Of a DNA stretch of 64,000 nucleotides, positions 51,758-61,496 are shown in pieces (position 1 is the first letter of the stretch; each line of letters opens with the position of its first letter). Source of the DNA: an uncultured Gemmatimonadales bacterium (GTDB lineage Bacteria; Gemmatimonadota; Gemmatimonadetes; Longimicrobiales; RSA9); contig OY970192.1 of assembly GCA_963708135.1 (NCBI GenBank), forward strand, positions 5,184,001 through 5,248,000. The letters are read 5' to 3'. The translations under genes and the position numbers were made by a program. The notes below the pieces were generated by a model. The model was not told where the DNA came from. It saw only the letters and a program-made list of their open reading frames with translations, and did no database searches.

Positions 51758-52894
51758 GTGATCCCGATCCACCTGAGCCTCGCCGTCCTCGCTGCGGCGT
51801 CGTTCGCCGGGGGTGGCGCCGCGCCCGCGGCGGCCAGCGCCCGGCAGGGCGTCCCCGCGGCGGCGGCGGAGTCGTCGCCTGCCAGCGACTCCGGCCCGCG
51901 CCTCAGCGGCATGGCCGTAATCGTGGCGCCAGGGGAGACGATGGCGGTGAAGGTGGCCGGCTCGGGCCCGCCGGTGCTGGTGGTGCCGGGGCTGTTCGGC
52001 TCGGCCTTCGCCTTCCGCAAGGTGACGCCGCTGCTCGTGGCCGCTGGCCACACGGTGCTGGTGGTGGATCCGCTCGGCGTCGGCAGCTCCTCGCGGCCGG
52101 CCGATGCGGACTACTCCCTGACGGCGCAGGCGGACCGACTGGCCGCCGTGCTGGACGCGCTGCACCTGCACGACGTGCTCGCGCTCTGCCACACCCTCGG
52201 CGCCTCAATGTGCTACCGGTTGGCGTACCGGCACCCGGGCGCGCTCGCGGGGATCGTCTCGATCAACGGCGGACCGGCGGAGGCCATGACGGGTGGCGGG
52301 ATGCGGTTCGCGCTCCACTTCTCGGGGCTGATCAAGCTGTTCGGCGGGCTCGGCGCGGTGCGGAGCAAGGTGCGGGCGCGGATGATCGAGAACTCGGGCG
52401 ACTCGAGCTGGGTCACGCCGCCCGTGGTCGATGCCTACATGCAGAGCTTCGGCCACGACCTCGACGACGCGTTCGCCACGCTGAAGCGCCTGTCCTCGGC
52501 GCACGAGCCCGAGCCGCTGGCGCCGCACCTGGACCAGATCCGGATCCCGGTCGTGCTGCTGCTCGGGACCGGCACCACGACCGGGGTGATCACGCCATCG
52601 CAGACGGCGCTGCTCGAGCGGACGCTGCCGGACCTGGCGGTGGACAGCGTGGCCGGCGCCGGCGAGGACCTGAACGAGGAGCGCCCGCGCGTGGTGGCCG
52701 GGGCCGTGCTCCAGCTCGCCCGGCGCCTCGCTGCGGCCGCGGGCGGGGACCCGGCGGGGGCTCACCCGGGGCCGAGCGCCTCCACTTCCGACTCCCATGC
52801 GACGCCGCGCGCCGCCAGCTCCCCGCGCACGAAGTCCCAGCACCCCGGCGCCGCACCCACCTGCTCCGGCGGCGAGACGCCGGGCTCGTCGTAG
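51758..52894 (+). CDS. Exported alpha/beta-hydrolase-fold paralogue, catalytic Ser/His absent
   Basis: Signal peptide; VDPLGVGSSSRP; CHTLG; GAGEDLNEERP; tail overlaps convergent gene. Confidence 0.85.
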   Translation: MIPIHLSLAVLAAASFAGGGAAPAAASARQGVPAAAAESSPASDSGPRLSGMAVIVAPGETMAVKVAGSGPPVLVVPGLFGSAFAFRKVTPLLVAAGHTVLVVDPLGVGSSSRPADADYSLTAQADRLAAVLDALHLHDVLALCHTLGASMCYRLAYRHPGALAGIVSINGGPAEAMTGGGMRFALHFSGLIKLFGGLGAVRSKVRARMIENSGDSSWVTPPVVDAYMQSFGHDLDDAFATLKRLSSAHEPEPLAPHLDQIRIPVVLLLGTGTTTGVITPSQTALLERTLPDLAVDSVAGAGEDLNEERPRVVAGAVLQLARRLAAAAGGDPAGAHPGPSASTSDSHATPRAASSPRTKSQHPGAAPTCSGGETPGSS

Positions 52895-53904
52895 AGGCCG
52901 CGCGCCACGAGCCGCACCATCGCCGTGCAGGTGTAGCCCGTCGTGCGCGCCATCGACAGCGTCCCCGTGGCCGCGTCGTAGCGGTCGAGCAGCGACCATG
53001 TGTGCCGCTCCCGCCGCCCCTCCCGCCGCCCCTCCACCACCACCCGCATGAGCGTGAGGTCCGCCTCGCCCGGCGCGTAGCGCCAGAGCGGGAAGAGTAG
53101 CGAGGCCGCGACCTCCAGCGGGCTCACCTCGACAGCGCCGACGCGACGGGGCGTCGGATCGAAGAAGCCGCTCTCCTGCAGCATCCGCATGCGCGCCGCA
53201 TGCCCCGGATAGCGCAGCGTCTTCTCCACCATCGATGGCGCCTCGATCGTCCGGAGCAGCGTCCGCAGCCCGTCCGTGTTGAACGCCTCGAGGGTGCCCA
53301 CGCCCGGGAAGTCGATCGTCTCGACCTCGGAGAGCGCCGGCAGGGTGACGTCGCGGCCGTCGCGGCGGAAGCGCGCGGGGCGGGTGTACTCGGCAATGAC
53401 GTCGATGGGCGAGAACGGCGCCTTGTACTCGTACGGCAGCACCCGCACGGCCGGCAGTCCGCCGACCGCGCACCAGAAGCGGTCCGTCTCGTCGAAGGTG
53501 TCGTCCAGCCAGCCGAGGATCAGGTTGCTGCACCCCGGCGCGATGCCGCAGTCCACCAGCGCAGTGCAGCCCCGCTCCCGCGCCAGCGGGTCCAGCGTGA
53601 GCGCATCCTCCTCGAAGAACGAGATGTCCACGAGATGCCTGCCCGCCTCGAGCACCGCGCGCGCCGCGGCGTACCCCATCGGCCCCGGCACCGCGCCCAC
53701 GACCAGCTCCGCCCCGGCGACGACCTCGCCGATCGCGCCCGGCGCGCCCAGGTCCGCCTGCCGCCGGGCCCCCACCGCATCGCCGAGCGCGTCGAGCGCC
53801 GCCTGCGACGCGTCCACCGCCGTCACCTCGAACTCACCGCCCGCGGCCAGGTCCCGCGCGATCGCGGCGCCCACCCGGCCGGCGCCCAGCACGACGATCT
53901 TCAC
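52762..53904 (-). CDS. Saccharopine dehydrogenase / lysine 6-dehydrogenase family
   Basis: KIVVLGAGRVG, DCGIAPG, VGGLP, TDGLRTL, KTLRYPGH, SMARTTG. Confidence 0.92.
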   Translation of the reverse strand: MKIVVLGAGRVGAAIARDLAAGGEFEVTAVDASQAALDALGDAVGARRQADLGAPGAIGEVVAGAELVVGAVPGPMGYAAARAVLEAGRHLVDISFFEEDALTLDPLARERGCTALVDCGIAPGCSNLILGWLDDTFDETDRFWCAVGGLPAVRVLPYEYKAPFSPIDVIAEYTRPARFRRDGRDVTLPALSEVETIDFPGVGTLEAFNTDGLRTLLRTIEAPSMVEKTLRYPGHAARMRMLQESGFFDPTPRRVGAVEVSPLEVAASLLFPLWRYAPGEADLTLMRVVVEGRREGRRERHTWSLLDRYDAATGTLSMARTTGYTCTAMVRLVARGLYDEPGVSPPEQVGAAPGCWDFVRGELAARGVAWESEVEALGPG

Positions 53905-54044
53905 TGCGGCCTCCCGTTCGGGAATCTCCTCGAGCCATTGCCCCGCGGCGGGCGGCGGCCGCGCACGGTGGGACGCGCGCGCCGGCGGCGCAAGGTGTGA
54001 GGCCGGCCCGGCGGCCGCCCGGCTCGCCGCCTCCCGCAGTCGGG

Positions 54045-54134
54045 AGCCGCGGTTGCCGCGAAGCCGGCATGGCCGAGCCCGGGCAGCCCCCGGGATCGTC
54101 GCCCGGTCTCCCACTCCCCCACTCTCCCACTCTC
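54045..54134 (-). repeat. Dispersed GGGAGAGT-headed intergenic repeat copy
   Basis: Minus strand GAGAGTGGGAGAGTGGGGGAGTGGGAGACCGGGCGACG..GCCATGCCGGCTTCGCGGCAACCGCGG. Confidence 0.75.
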
Positions 54135-54202
54135 GCCGGTTGGGCTCGTCCAGGCACCGCCGGCCTGACCCGCCTGACGTCTGCCCGACGAGCATGCACC
54201 AC

Positions 54203-56119
54203 TCAACTCAGCACGACCGCCGTCAGCGCCACGAGCAGCGCGGCGCCGATCGCCACCCAGAGCGCGTTGTCGCCTACGAGGCCCGAGTGCATCGCGCGCA
54301 GCGCGGCCATCGGCCCGCCCAGGACCCAGCCGATCAGCCTGCGCGCCCCCCCCGGGATCCGGTCCTGGTACAGTGCGAGCAGGGCGAGAAGGACCGCGGC
54401 CAGCGAGGTCAGGAGCGACGGCAGCACCGCGGGCGCGGAGCCGGAGCCCGCGTCGCCGCCGGCCGGCGGCCGGGCCGCCCGCACAGCGGCCTCGCGTCCC
54501 CCGCCTCCGCCGCCCCGCTGCGGCGCGGAACCGGCCAGGGCGCGGACGTCGGCCGCCCCCTCACCGGCCCCGTTCCCGAACGTCGCCGCGACGTAGGCGG
54601 CGGGGTCGGCGAAGCGCGTGGCGGCGCGCTCGGCGCCGCTGGTGAACGCCGGCACGATGCCGGCGGCCAGGGCGGCCAGCGTGAGGGCGAGGGCGGCACC
54701 GACCATCACGCCGGGCAGCCGGTTCCGCCAGCCGCTTGTCTCGCGCTCCTCCTTGCCGCCGCTCGGCGCCTCCGCGGCCGCCTCGCCGCGGGAGCCGAGG
54801 CCCAGGAAGACGCGGCCGGCGGCGCGCAGCACCGCGGCACCGGTCACGGCGGAGGCGAACCGTACGAGCCAGGGCACCCAGTGCAGCCCCGCGGCCGTTG
54901 CGGCCTCCTCGATGCGCGCGGCGCCGGTCCAGGTGCCGAACGGCGGCAGTCCGGCGAGTGCCAGCCCGCCCGCCAGGTAAACGAGCCCCGCGGCGGGGAT
55001 GCGTGCGCCCCGGCCCCGCAGATCGAGCTCATCGACGGTCGAGAAGCGGTGCAGCAGCGTGCCGGTGGCCATGAAGAGCGCGGCCATGATGAGGCCGTGT
55101 CCGACGGCGTAGAGGCCGGCGCCGGCGAGGCCCGCGCCATCGAGCAGCGCGATGCCGGCCAGCATGAGCCCCGCGTGTGCCACGGTGGCGAAGGCGAGCA
55201 TCCGCTTGAGGTGTCGCTGGGCGAACGCCATGAGGCCGCCCACGACGACGGCTGCCGCGGCGAAGCCGAGCAGGATGGCGCGCACCTCCGAGGCGTGGCC
55301 GGCCAGCGGCGCGGCGAAGACGCTCCAGTAGATGCGGGCCACGCCGTACAGCCCCAGCTCCGTCAGCACGGCGGCGAACGCCGCCGCCACGGGGATGGGC
55401 GCCACGGCGTAGGCGTCGGCGACCCAGAGTTGGAAGGGCGGCAGGGCGGCCTTGGTGAAGAGGCCGGCGAGCAGCAGGGCGAGCGAGGCGAGCACGAGCG
55501 CGTCCGGCGGCCGGCCGCCGAGAGCGGCGCCGATCGCCGCCAGGTTGAGCGCGCCGGTGCGGGCGTAGAGCAGGCCGATGGCGGTCAGCACGAGCATGGC
55601 CGCGATCGTGTTGGCGACGGCGAAGTTGATCGCGCCCTGGAGCGGCCCCGGATCCTCGATCTTGAAGCCGGTGAGCGCATATGCCGGGATGCTGGCCAGC
55701 TCGAGGAAGACGAAGAGGTCGAAGAGGTCGCCGCTCAGGCAGAAGCCGCACACGCCCGCCAGGAGCAGGAGCATCAGGACGTGGAAGAGCGTGCCGGGCG
55801 CATCGAAGTAGCGCCAGGAAAAGACGAAGCCCGCGGTGAGCACCGTCGCTCCGAGGGCGGCAAGGCCGGCGCCGCCCGGGTCGATGAAGAAGGAGATCCC
55901 CACCTCCACGCCCGCCTCCGGCCGCCAGCCGCCCAGCCAGTAGACGAGCGGCGCCCGCGCCGTGGCCACCGCCAGGATGCCACACAGCCCCGCCGTGGCC
56001 GCGCCCGCGGCAATGGCGAGGGCGTCGGCGGTGCGCCGGTGCATGCGGTGCGTCGTCGCCATGAGCAACGCGGCGGCGAGCAGCGGTACGGCGACCGGCA
56101 GAGGAGCGAGCGGCCGCAT
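54203..56119 (-). CDS. mrpD: Mrp/Mnh antiporter subunit D-like (Proton_antipo_M)
   Basis: GDLFDLFVFLEL, KAALPPFQLWVADAY, LKRMLAFATV, AGLPPFG. Confidence 0.85.
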   Translation of the reverse strand: MRPLAPLPVAVPLLAAALLMATTHRMHRRTADALAIAAGAATAGLCGILAVATARAPLVYWLGGWRPEAGVEVGISFFIDPGGAGLAALGATVLTAGFVFSWRYFDAPGTLFHVLMLLLLAGVCGFCLSGDLFDLFVFLELASIPAYALTGFKIEDPGPLQGAINFAVANTIAAMLVLTAIGLLYARTGALNLAAIGAALGGRPPDALVLASLALLLAGLFTKAALPPFQLWVADAYAVAPIPVAAAFAAVLTELGLYGVARIYWSVFAAPLAGHASEVRAILLGFAAAAVVVGGLMAFAQRHLKRMLAFATVAHAGLMLAGIALLDGAGLAGAGLYAVGHGLIMAALFMATGTLLHRFSTVDELDLRGRGARIPAAGLVYLAGGLALAGLPPFGTWTGAARIEEAATAAGLHWVPWLVRFASAVTGAAVLRAAGRVFLGLGSRGEAAAEAPSGGKEERETSGWRNRLPGVMVGAALALTLAALAAGIVPAFTSGAERAATRFADPAAYVAATFGNGAGEGAADVRALAGSAPQRGGGGGGREAAVRAARPPAGGDAGSGSAPAVLPSLLTSLAAVLLALLALYQDRIPGGARRLIGWVLGGPMAALRAMHSGLVGDNALWVAIGAALLVALTAVVLS

Positions 56120-56128
56120 CGCCGGCGC

Positions 56129-56473
56129 TCAGCCGCGCAGCTCGCGCAGCGCCTGCGGATCGAGCGTGTGCAGTCGGTTGTGGCTCTGGAGGACGAGGGC
56201 GAGGAGCAGCGCCGTGACGGCGGCGCCGACCACGATGTCGGTGAGCGTGAGCGCCTGCACGACCGGGTCCACGGCGGGCGAGCCGGCAGGGACGGACGCG
56301 AAGACGGGCGCGCCGGCGCCGCGGCGGTAGCCGATGGCCAGGAGCAGCACGTAGGTGGCCGACTGCGCCACGCCCAGGCACTGCACGAGGTGCACGAGGT
56401 TGCGGCTGGTCACCACGCCGTAGAGCCCCACGAGCAGCAGCCAGAGCGCGACGAGGTAGGCGAGCGCCGTCAT
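56129..56473 (-). CDS. mrpC: Mrp antiporter subunit C
   Basis: GLYGVVTSRNL, DPVVQALTLTDIVVG. Confidence 0.9.
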   Translation of the reverse strand: MTALAYLVALWLLLVGLYGVVTSRNLVHLVQCLGVAQSATYVLLLAIGYRRGAGAPVFASVPAGSPAVDPVVQALTLTDIVVGAAVTALLLALVLQSHNRLHTLDPQALRELRG

Positions 56474-57228
56474 TGCCGGCCGCTCCGCAGCACGAGCGCC
56501 TGCCTCAGGAAGAGCACCCCGAGCAGGACGAAGGACGCTGTGACCTCGAGCCCCACCACCACGTTGAGCAGGGCGATCGTGCCGGCGGAGAGCAGGTGCC
56601 CCGGCTTTCCCAGGCCCAGGAAGTTGGCGAGGAACGCCTGGCCGGCGAGGAGGCCCCCCAGGCCGACGAGCACGTAGCCGCCACCGGCCACCGACTCGCC
56701 GCCCTCCAGCCAGGCCTCCGGCGTGAGCCGGCGCAGGATCCGGAAGTCGTCGGCCAGGTAGACGAGCACCCACGCCGATGCGACGACGACCGCGCCCTGG
56801 AAGCCGCCGCCCGGCGTCAGGTGCCCGTGCGCCACGAGGTACAGCCCGAAGAGCGCGGTGAAGCCCAGCATCCCGAGCGCGCCCAGCCGGATCGCCGCGC
56901 TGGCGGTGAACTCGCCGCGCGAGGTCCGCTCGACCTCGCGCGCCGCTTCTTCCTCGCCCTCCCGCGCCGGCAGCAGCAGCGTGACGCCGACCACCGCCGC
57001 GAACAGCACGAACTCCTCGCCCAGCGTGTCCAGCCCGCGGTAGTCGAACATGATGGAAGCGACGACGTTGGTGGCGTGGCGCTGCGCCACCGCGGTCGAG
57101 AGCAGCGTCCGGCCGTACGCCTCGGCCGCCGCGCCGAACGGCGGCAGCGCAGCGATCGCCGGCACGAGGAAGAACGCCAGCACGGCACCCGCCAGGAGGA
57201 AGAGCACGCGCCGCGGCATCGGGCTCAC
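56470..57228 (-). CDS. mrpB: MnhB-domain subunit (MrpB / MrpA C-terminal)
   Basis: NVVASIMFDYRGLDTLGE, HGHLTPGGGFQGA. Confidence 0.88.
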   Translation of the reverse strand: MSPMPRRVLFLLAGAVLAFFLVPAIAALPPFGAAAEAYGRTLLSTAVAQRHATNVVASIMFDYRGLDTLGEEFVLFAAVVGVTLLLPAREGEEEAAREVERTSRGEFTASAAIRLGALGMLGFTALFGLYLVAHGHLTPGGGFQGAVVVASAWVLVYLADDFRILRRLTPEAWLEGGESVAGGGYVLVGLGGLLAGQAFLANFLGLGKPGHLLSAGTIALLNVVVGLEVTASFVLLGVLFLRQALVLRSGRQ

Positions 57229-57464
57229 CGCTTCCGCTCCCGCACCCGGGTCAGTGTGAGCAGCACCATCAGCGGCACGGCGACGCTGCCCACCGCGAGC
57301 TCCGACATCGCCACGCCGGGCGCGCCCAGCACGAAGAACAGCAGGGCCAGGGCGAGGCCGTAGATCCCGTTCACAAGCGCCTGCGGCAGCGGGTCGCGCG
57401 TCAGCACGACGGCCGTGCCCGCCGCGGCCACGAGCAGGAGCGAGAGCACCTCGATGAGCATCAT
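57225..57464 (-). CDS. DUF4040 / MbhD-like small subunit
   Basis: Three TM segments, LGAPGVAMSELAVG. Confidence 0.8.
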   Translation of the reverse strand: MMLIEVLSLLLVAAAGTAVVLTRDPLPQALVNGIYGLALALLFFVLGAPGVAMSELAVGSVAVPLMVLLTLTRVRERKR

Positions 57465-57784
57465 CGGCCGGCCACCTCGCTCGGCCGCGCCAACAGGTCG
57501 CCGCGCAGGCGCACGTGCGCCGCGCGGCCGGTCGCGTGCGTGAGGACGGGCCCCGTCGCCAGGATGACGATGCCGAGCAGCACCGCCTTCGCGCCGGCCA
57601 CGAAGCCGGGCGCCGCGACGAGCACCGCCGCGACCACGAGCACCGTGCCCACCGTCGTGGCCGGCCCCAGGAAGTGCAGCTGGTCGAACGGGTCGCGGTG
57701 CACCAGGATGCCGACGCAGCAGAGCAGCTCCACGGCGACGCCGACCGCGAGCAGCACGCTCGCCGCCCAGCCCGCCGCGCTCAC
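57461..57784 (-). CDS. mrpG: Mrp antiporter subunit G
   Basis: DPFDQLHF, TGPVLTHATGRAA. Confidence 0.82.
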   Translation of the reverse strand: MSAAGWAASVLLAVGVAVELLCCVGILVHRDPFDQLHFLGPATTVGTVLVVAAVLVAAPGFVAGAKAVLLGIVILATGPVLTHATGRAAHVRLRGDLLARPSEVAGR

Positions 57785-58041
57785 AGCCAGCGCTCCAGGA
57801 AGCGGGCGAACACGAGGCCGCCGGGGAAGGAGAGCAGCGCGAGGAGCAGCGCCACGTCGAGCATCTCGGAGCGGCCGGACGCGGCGGCGAGGAGCGCAAG
57901 CGCGAGGGTGGCCTGTACGCCCGCGAGCTCCAGCGCGATCAGCCGGGACAGCGGCTCGCGCCGGAGCGCAGCCGCCAGGCAGCCGAAGAGGCCGAGCAGG
58001 AGCGCCGCGGCGCCGATCAGCCAGGGGCTCAGACCAGCCAC
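57781..58041 (-). CDS. mrpF: Mrp antiporter subunit F
   Basis: SRLIALEL, DVALLLALLSFPGGLVFARFLER; GAGGAG RBS before GTG. Confidence 0.8.
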   Translation of the reverse strand: MAGLSPWLIGAAALLLGLFGCLAAALRREPLSRLIALELAGVQATLALALLAAASGRSEMLDVALLLALLSFPGGLVFARFLERWL

Positions 58042-58499
58042 GTCAGCTCCTCGGTCATGCGCGTGCCCCGCGCCTCCAGCCGGTGCAGGAGCAGGAGCTT
58101 CCGCTTGCGATCGATCGCCACCACGTAGGTGTTGGGCGTCGCGGACAGTGCGCCCGTGACCACCGCCCGCCGCGCCAGCCCGACCGGCCCATCGGTCCCT
58201 GGATCGAACGGCACCGCGAGGAACGAGCTCCGCCGCGGCCGGCCGAGGAGCCGCAGCGCGAGCGCGTGGAACACGACCAGCGTATCCATCGGCACCCGCA
58301 CCGCGGCCCAGCGCAGCAGCTTCAGCCAGCGCGCTCGCCCGCGGAACCGCCCCAGCCCCCGCGCCTCGAGTGCCCGGACCACGATCGTGAGCAGCGCCGC
58401 GGCGAGCCCGCCGGCCAGCCACTCCGCGGCGTCCAGGCTTCCCGCCAGCAGCAGCCACGTCGCGGTGAGCGCGATCCACCACCTCGGCCACCCGGAAAT
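58029..58499 (-). CDS. mrpE: Mrp antiporter subunit E-like; apparent ATT start
   Basis: TWLLLAGS, SATPNTYVVAID..LLLHRL; AGGAGG 7 nt before in-frame ATT. Confidence 0.68.
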   Translation of the reverse strand: MSGWPRWWIALTATWLLLAGSLDAAEWLAGGLAAALLTIVVRALEARGLGRFRGRARWLKLLRWAAVRVPMDTLVVFHALALRLLGRPRRSSFLAVPFDPGTDGPVGLARRAVVTGALSATPNTYVVAIDRKRKLLLLHRLEARGTRMTEELTWLV

Positions 58500-59189
58500 G
58501 GCGTCCCCTCCTGTGCCGGTGCCCGCACCTATCCGCCGAGCGGAGGGCAGGTTCCGGGCCAGGCGTCGGGCTGGCGCATCGTCGGCCCGGCCGGACGCGG
58601 GCAGGACACCGCCGGGCCGCGACTCCCGGGCCGGGCCGCCTCCATCCGCCCGCCTCCGGCTCCCGGCGCGCCGCACCTGCCAGGCGGCGCTCCGGTGGTG
58701 AGGCCCTCTCCGGCCCTGCGGAACTCGCGGCTCCGCCCCCGCTCCCCCGCCGCCCGGCCGCTCGGACAGTCCTCGGTCCTCCGAGGGCCTCACCACCTTC
58801 GCCCCCGTCCGTGGTGATCCGAGAGGCGGCGGTGACGACCCGGGAGCATCCCCCTCCCCAGCACTTGAGCCTAGGCTTCCGACCGCACCTTCAGCAATGA
58901 GATCGGCACCAATGTTCCCACATCGCGAACTGCTGCATCGGGTAGTCACCGGGAACCCGAACGGCCTCTCGGCGCTACTCGCCGCGTTTCTTCTTAACGA
59001 ACGGACTACTCCGCGCCATGTAGACTGGCGGCGGGATCCCGACGCCCGCGACGGACCGGGTGGCAACGGTGAACGCACTGGCGGGGGCTGAGCGCGCGGC
59101 CGCGGGAGCCGTGCGCAGTCAAATGGCCTTCTCGCTCAAGAAATACCACGCCGCGCGCCGGCCGGCATGCTGCCGCGCGCCTCCTGGCC

Positions 59190-59241
59190 CGGGGACCCTT
59201 GGCCGCCGCGAACGTCTCCCACTCTCCCACTCTCCCACTCC
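59190..59241 (-). repeat. Dispersed GGGAGAGT-headed intergenic repeat copy
   Basis: Minus strand GGAGTGGGAGAGTGGGAGAGTGGGAGACGTTCGCGGCGGCC. Confidence 0.72.
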
Positions 59242-59389
59242 GGATTTCACCAACCTGCGCCCGCCGCTGACCGGCTCGCGCGTCCGAGGCCCGCTTGACC
59301 TGCCTCCCCACGCCTGCGAACGTTGGCAGAGGACGTGCAACGTCGTCCGCCGGGCACACGACAGACCGCGAGAGGAAGAGGGAACCCCC

Positions 59390-59989
59390 ATGCCTGAGGA
59401 ACCGCGTCCAGAGCGGACCGAGCCGCAGAAGACGGCGTCGGCGGTGACGGACTCGCTGCGCGAGCGGCTGTTCAAGGAGCGCATGCTGCTGATCAGCGGC
59501 GAGATCAACCAGCGGCTCGCCGCGGACGTGATCGCGCAGCTGCTGGCCATGTCGGTCGAGTCGGACGACCCGATCACGCTCTTCATCAACTCGCAGGGCG
59601 GGCACGTCGAGTCCGGCGACACGATCCACGACATGATCAACTTCGTGAAGCCGCGCGTCCGCATCGTCGGCACCGGCTGGGTCGCCAGCGCCGGCGCGCT
59701 GATCTACATCTCCGTGCCGAAGGAGGACCGCTACTGCCTGCCGAACACCCGCTTCCTGCTGCACCAGCCCGCGGGCGGCGCGGGCGGCAGCGCGGCCGAC
59801 ATCGAGATCGAGGCGCGCGAGATCCTGCGCATGCGCGACCGGCTGAACCGCCTCATCGCCAAGCAGACCGGGCAGCCGCTCGAGAAGATCGAGGAGGACA
59901 CCCGCCGCAACTTCTGGCTGGACGCCGAGGCCGCCATGGAGTACGGGCTCGTCGGCCACATCGTGCACCAGATCGACGAGGTGAAGTAG
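59390..59989 (+). CDS. clpP: ATP-dependent Clp protease proteolytic subunit
   Basis: [13 protein letters not shown] (Ser), LLHQP (His), [14 protein letters not shown]. Confidence 0.95.
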   Translation: MPEEPRPERTEPQKTASAVTDSLRERLFKERMLLISGEINQRLAADVIAQLLAMSVESDDPITLFINSQGGHVESGDTIHDMINFVKPRVRIVGTGWVASAGALIYISVPKEDRYCLPNTRFLLHQPAGGAGGSAADIEIEAREILRMRDRLNRLIAKQTGQPLEKIEEDTRRNFWLDAEAAMEYGLVGHIVHQIDEVK

Positions 59990-60071
59990 GCCACGCGGCC
60001 GCCGCCGCCCCGTCGCCTTCCGGCAGGCCTCTTGCCGCCGCGGATCCATCGTCCCACACCGGAGGATCCCG

Positions 60072-61460
60072 ATGCCGATCACGAGCGTCAATCCCGCCAC
60101 GGGCGAGACCCTGCGGTCCTACGACGAGCTGACCGAGGGCCAGCTCGCCGAGCGGATTGCCCGCGCCGCCGCCGCCTTCGCCCGCCACCGCCGTACCTCG
60201 CTGGACGAGCGCGCGGCCGGCCTCGCCCGGGCGGCGGACATCCTGGAGGCGGAGGCGGACACGCTCGGCCGCCTCATGACGACCGAGATGGGGAAGCCGA
60301 TCGGCGCCGCCGTGGCCGAGGCGCGCAAGTGCGCATGGGCGTGCCGCTACTACGCCGAGAACGGCGCCGCCCAGCTCGCCGACCGGAGCGTCGAGACCGA
60401 CGCCGACCGGGCGTTCGTGCGATTCCTGCCGATCGGCCCCGTCCTCGCCATCATGCCCTGGAACTTCCCCTTCTGGCAGGTCTTCCGCTTCGCCGCGCCC
60501 GCGCTCATGGCCGGCAACGTCGGCCTCCTCAAGCACGCCTCGAACGTGCCGCAGTGCGCCCTCGCCATCGAGGACGTGCTGCGCCGCGCCGGCTTCGATG
60601 GCGACGAGTTCCAGGCCCTCCTCATCGGCTCCGGCCGGGTCGCCCGGGTGATCGACGATCCCCGCGTGCGCGCCGTCACGCTCACGGGCAGCACCAGCGC
60701 GGGCAGCGCCGTCGCCGCGCAGGCGGGCGGGCTCGTGAAGAAGACCGTCCTCGAGCTCGGCGGCAGCGATCCCTTCATCGTCATGCCCAGCGCCGACCTC
60801 GAGGCCGCCGTCGAGACCGGCGTCCAGGCGCGCGTGATCAACAACGGGCAGTCGTGCATCGCCGCCAAGCGTTTCATCGTGCACGAGGAGATCTACGAGC
60901 TCTTCCTGCGCCGCTTCGTCGAGCGAATGCGCAACCTGCGCGTCGGCGATCCGATGGAGCCCGCCACCCGCATCGGGCCGCTCGCCACCGCCGCCATCCG
61001 CGACGGTGTCCACGACCAGGTCATCGCGACCGCCCGCGCCGGCGCGCGCATCCTCTGCGGCGGCGAGAAGGCCGCCGGCCCGGGCAACTTCTACCCGCCC
61101 ACCGTGCTGGCCGAGATCCCCGAGGGCTCGCCCGCCTGGAAGGACGAGATCTTCGGGCCCGTCGCCGCCGTGTTCCGCGTCGCGGACGTCGATCACGCGC
61201 TGCGCCTGGCCAACGTCACCAGCTTCGGCCTCGGCAGCAGCGTCTGGACGCGGGACCCCGAGGAGCAGCAGCGCTTCATCGATGGGCTGGAGGCGGGCCT
61301 CACGTACGTGAACGCGATGGTCGCCTCCGATCCCCGCCTCCCTTTTGGCGGCGTGAAGGCCTCCGGCTACGGCCGCGAGCTCTCCGAGTTCGGCATCCAC
61401 GAGTTCGTCAACATCAAGGCCGTGCAGGTGGTGCGGGGCGGGAAGGCGGACGCCGGCTAG
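60072..61460 (+). CDS. NAD(P)-dependent succinate-semialdehyde dehydrogenase-like aldehyde dehydrogenase
   Basis: IMPWNFP, LKHASN, TGS, LELGGSDP, NGQSCIAAKR, EIFGP, PFGGVKASGYGREL. Confidence 0.93.
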   Translation: MPITSVNPATGETLRSYDELTEGQLAERIARAAAAFARHRRTSLDERAAGLARAADILEAEADTLGRLMTTEMGKPIGAAVAEARKCAWACRYYAENGAAQLADRSVETDADRAFVRFLPIGPVLAIMPWNFPFWQVFRFAAPALMAGNVGLLKHASNVPQCALAIEDVLRRAGFDGDEFQALLIGSGRVARVIDDPRVRAVTLTGSTSAGSAVAAQAGGLVKKTVLELGGSDPFIVMPSADLEAAVETGVQARVINNGQSCIAAKRFIVHEEIYELFLRRFVERMRNLRVGDPMEPATRIGPLATAAIRDGVHDQVIATARAGARILCGGEKAAGPGNFYPPTVLAEIPEGSPAWKDEIFGPVAAVFRVADVDHALRLANVTSFGLGSSVWTRDPEEQQRFIDGLEAGLTYVNAMVASDPRLPFGGVKASGYGRELSEFGIHEFVNIKAVQVVRGGKADAG

Positions 61461-61496
61461 GTTTGCGGCCGGTCGGGCGAGGCGCTGCTCGGCGGC

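Noticed and set aside
52762..52894. 133-bp convergent overlap as a functional feature
   Set aside because: The low-complexity tail is absent from the paralogue; probably stop-codon drift
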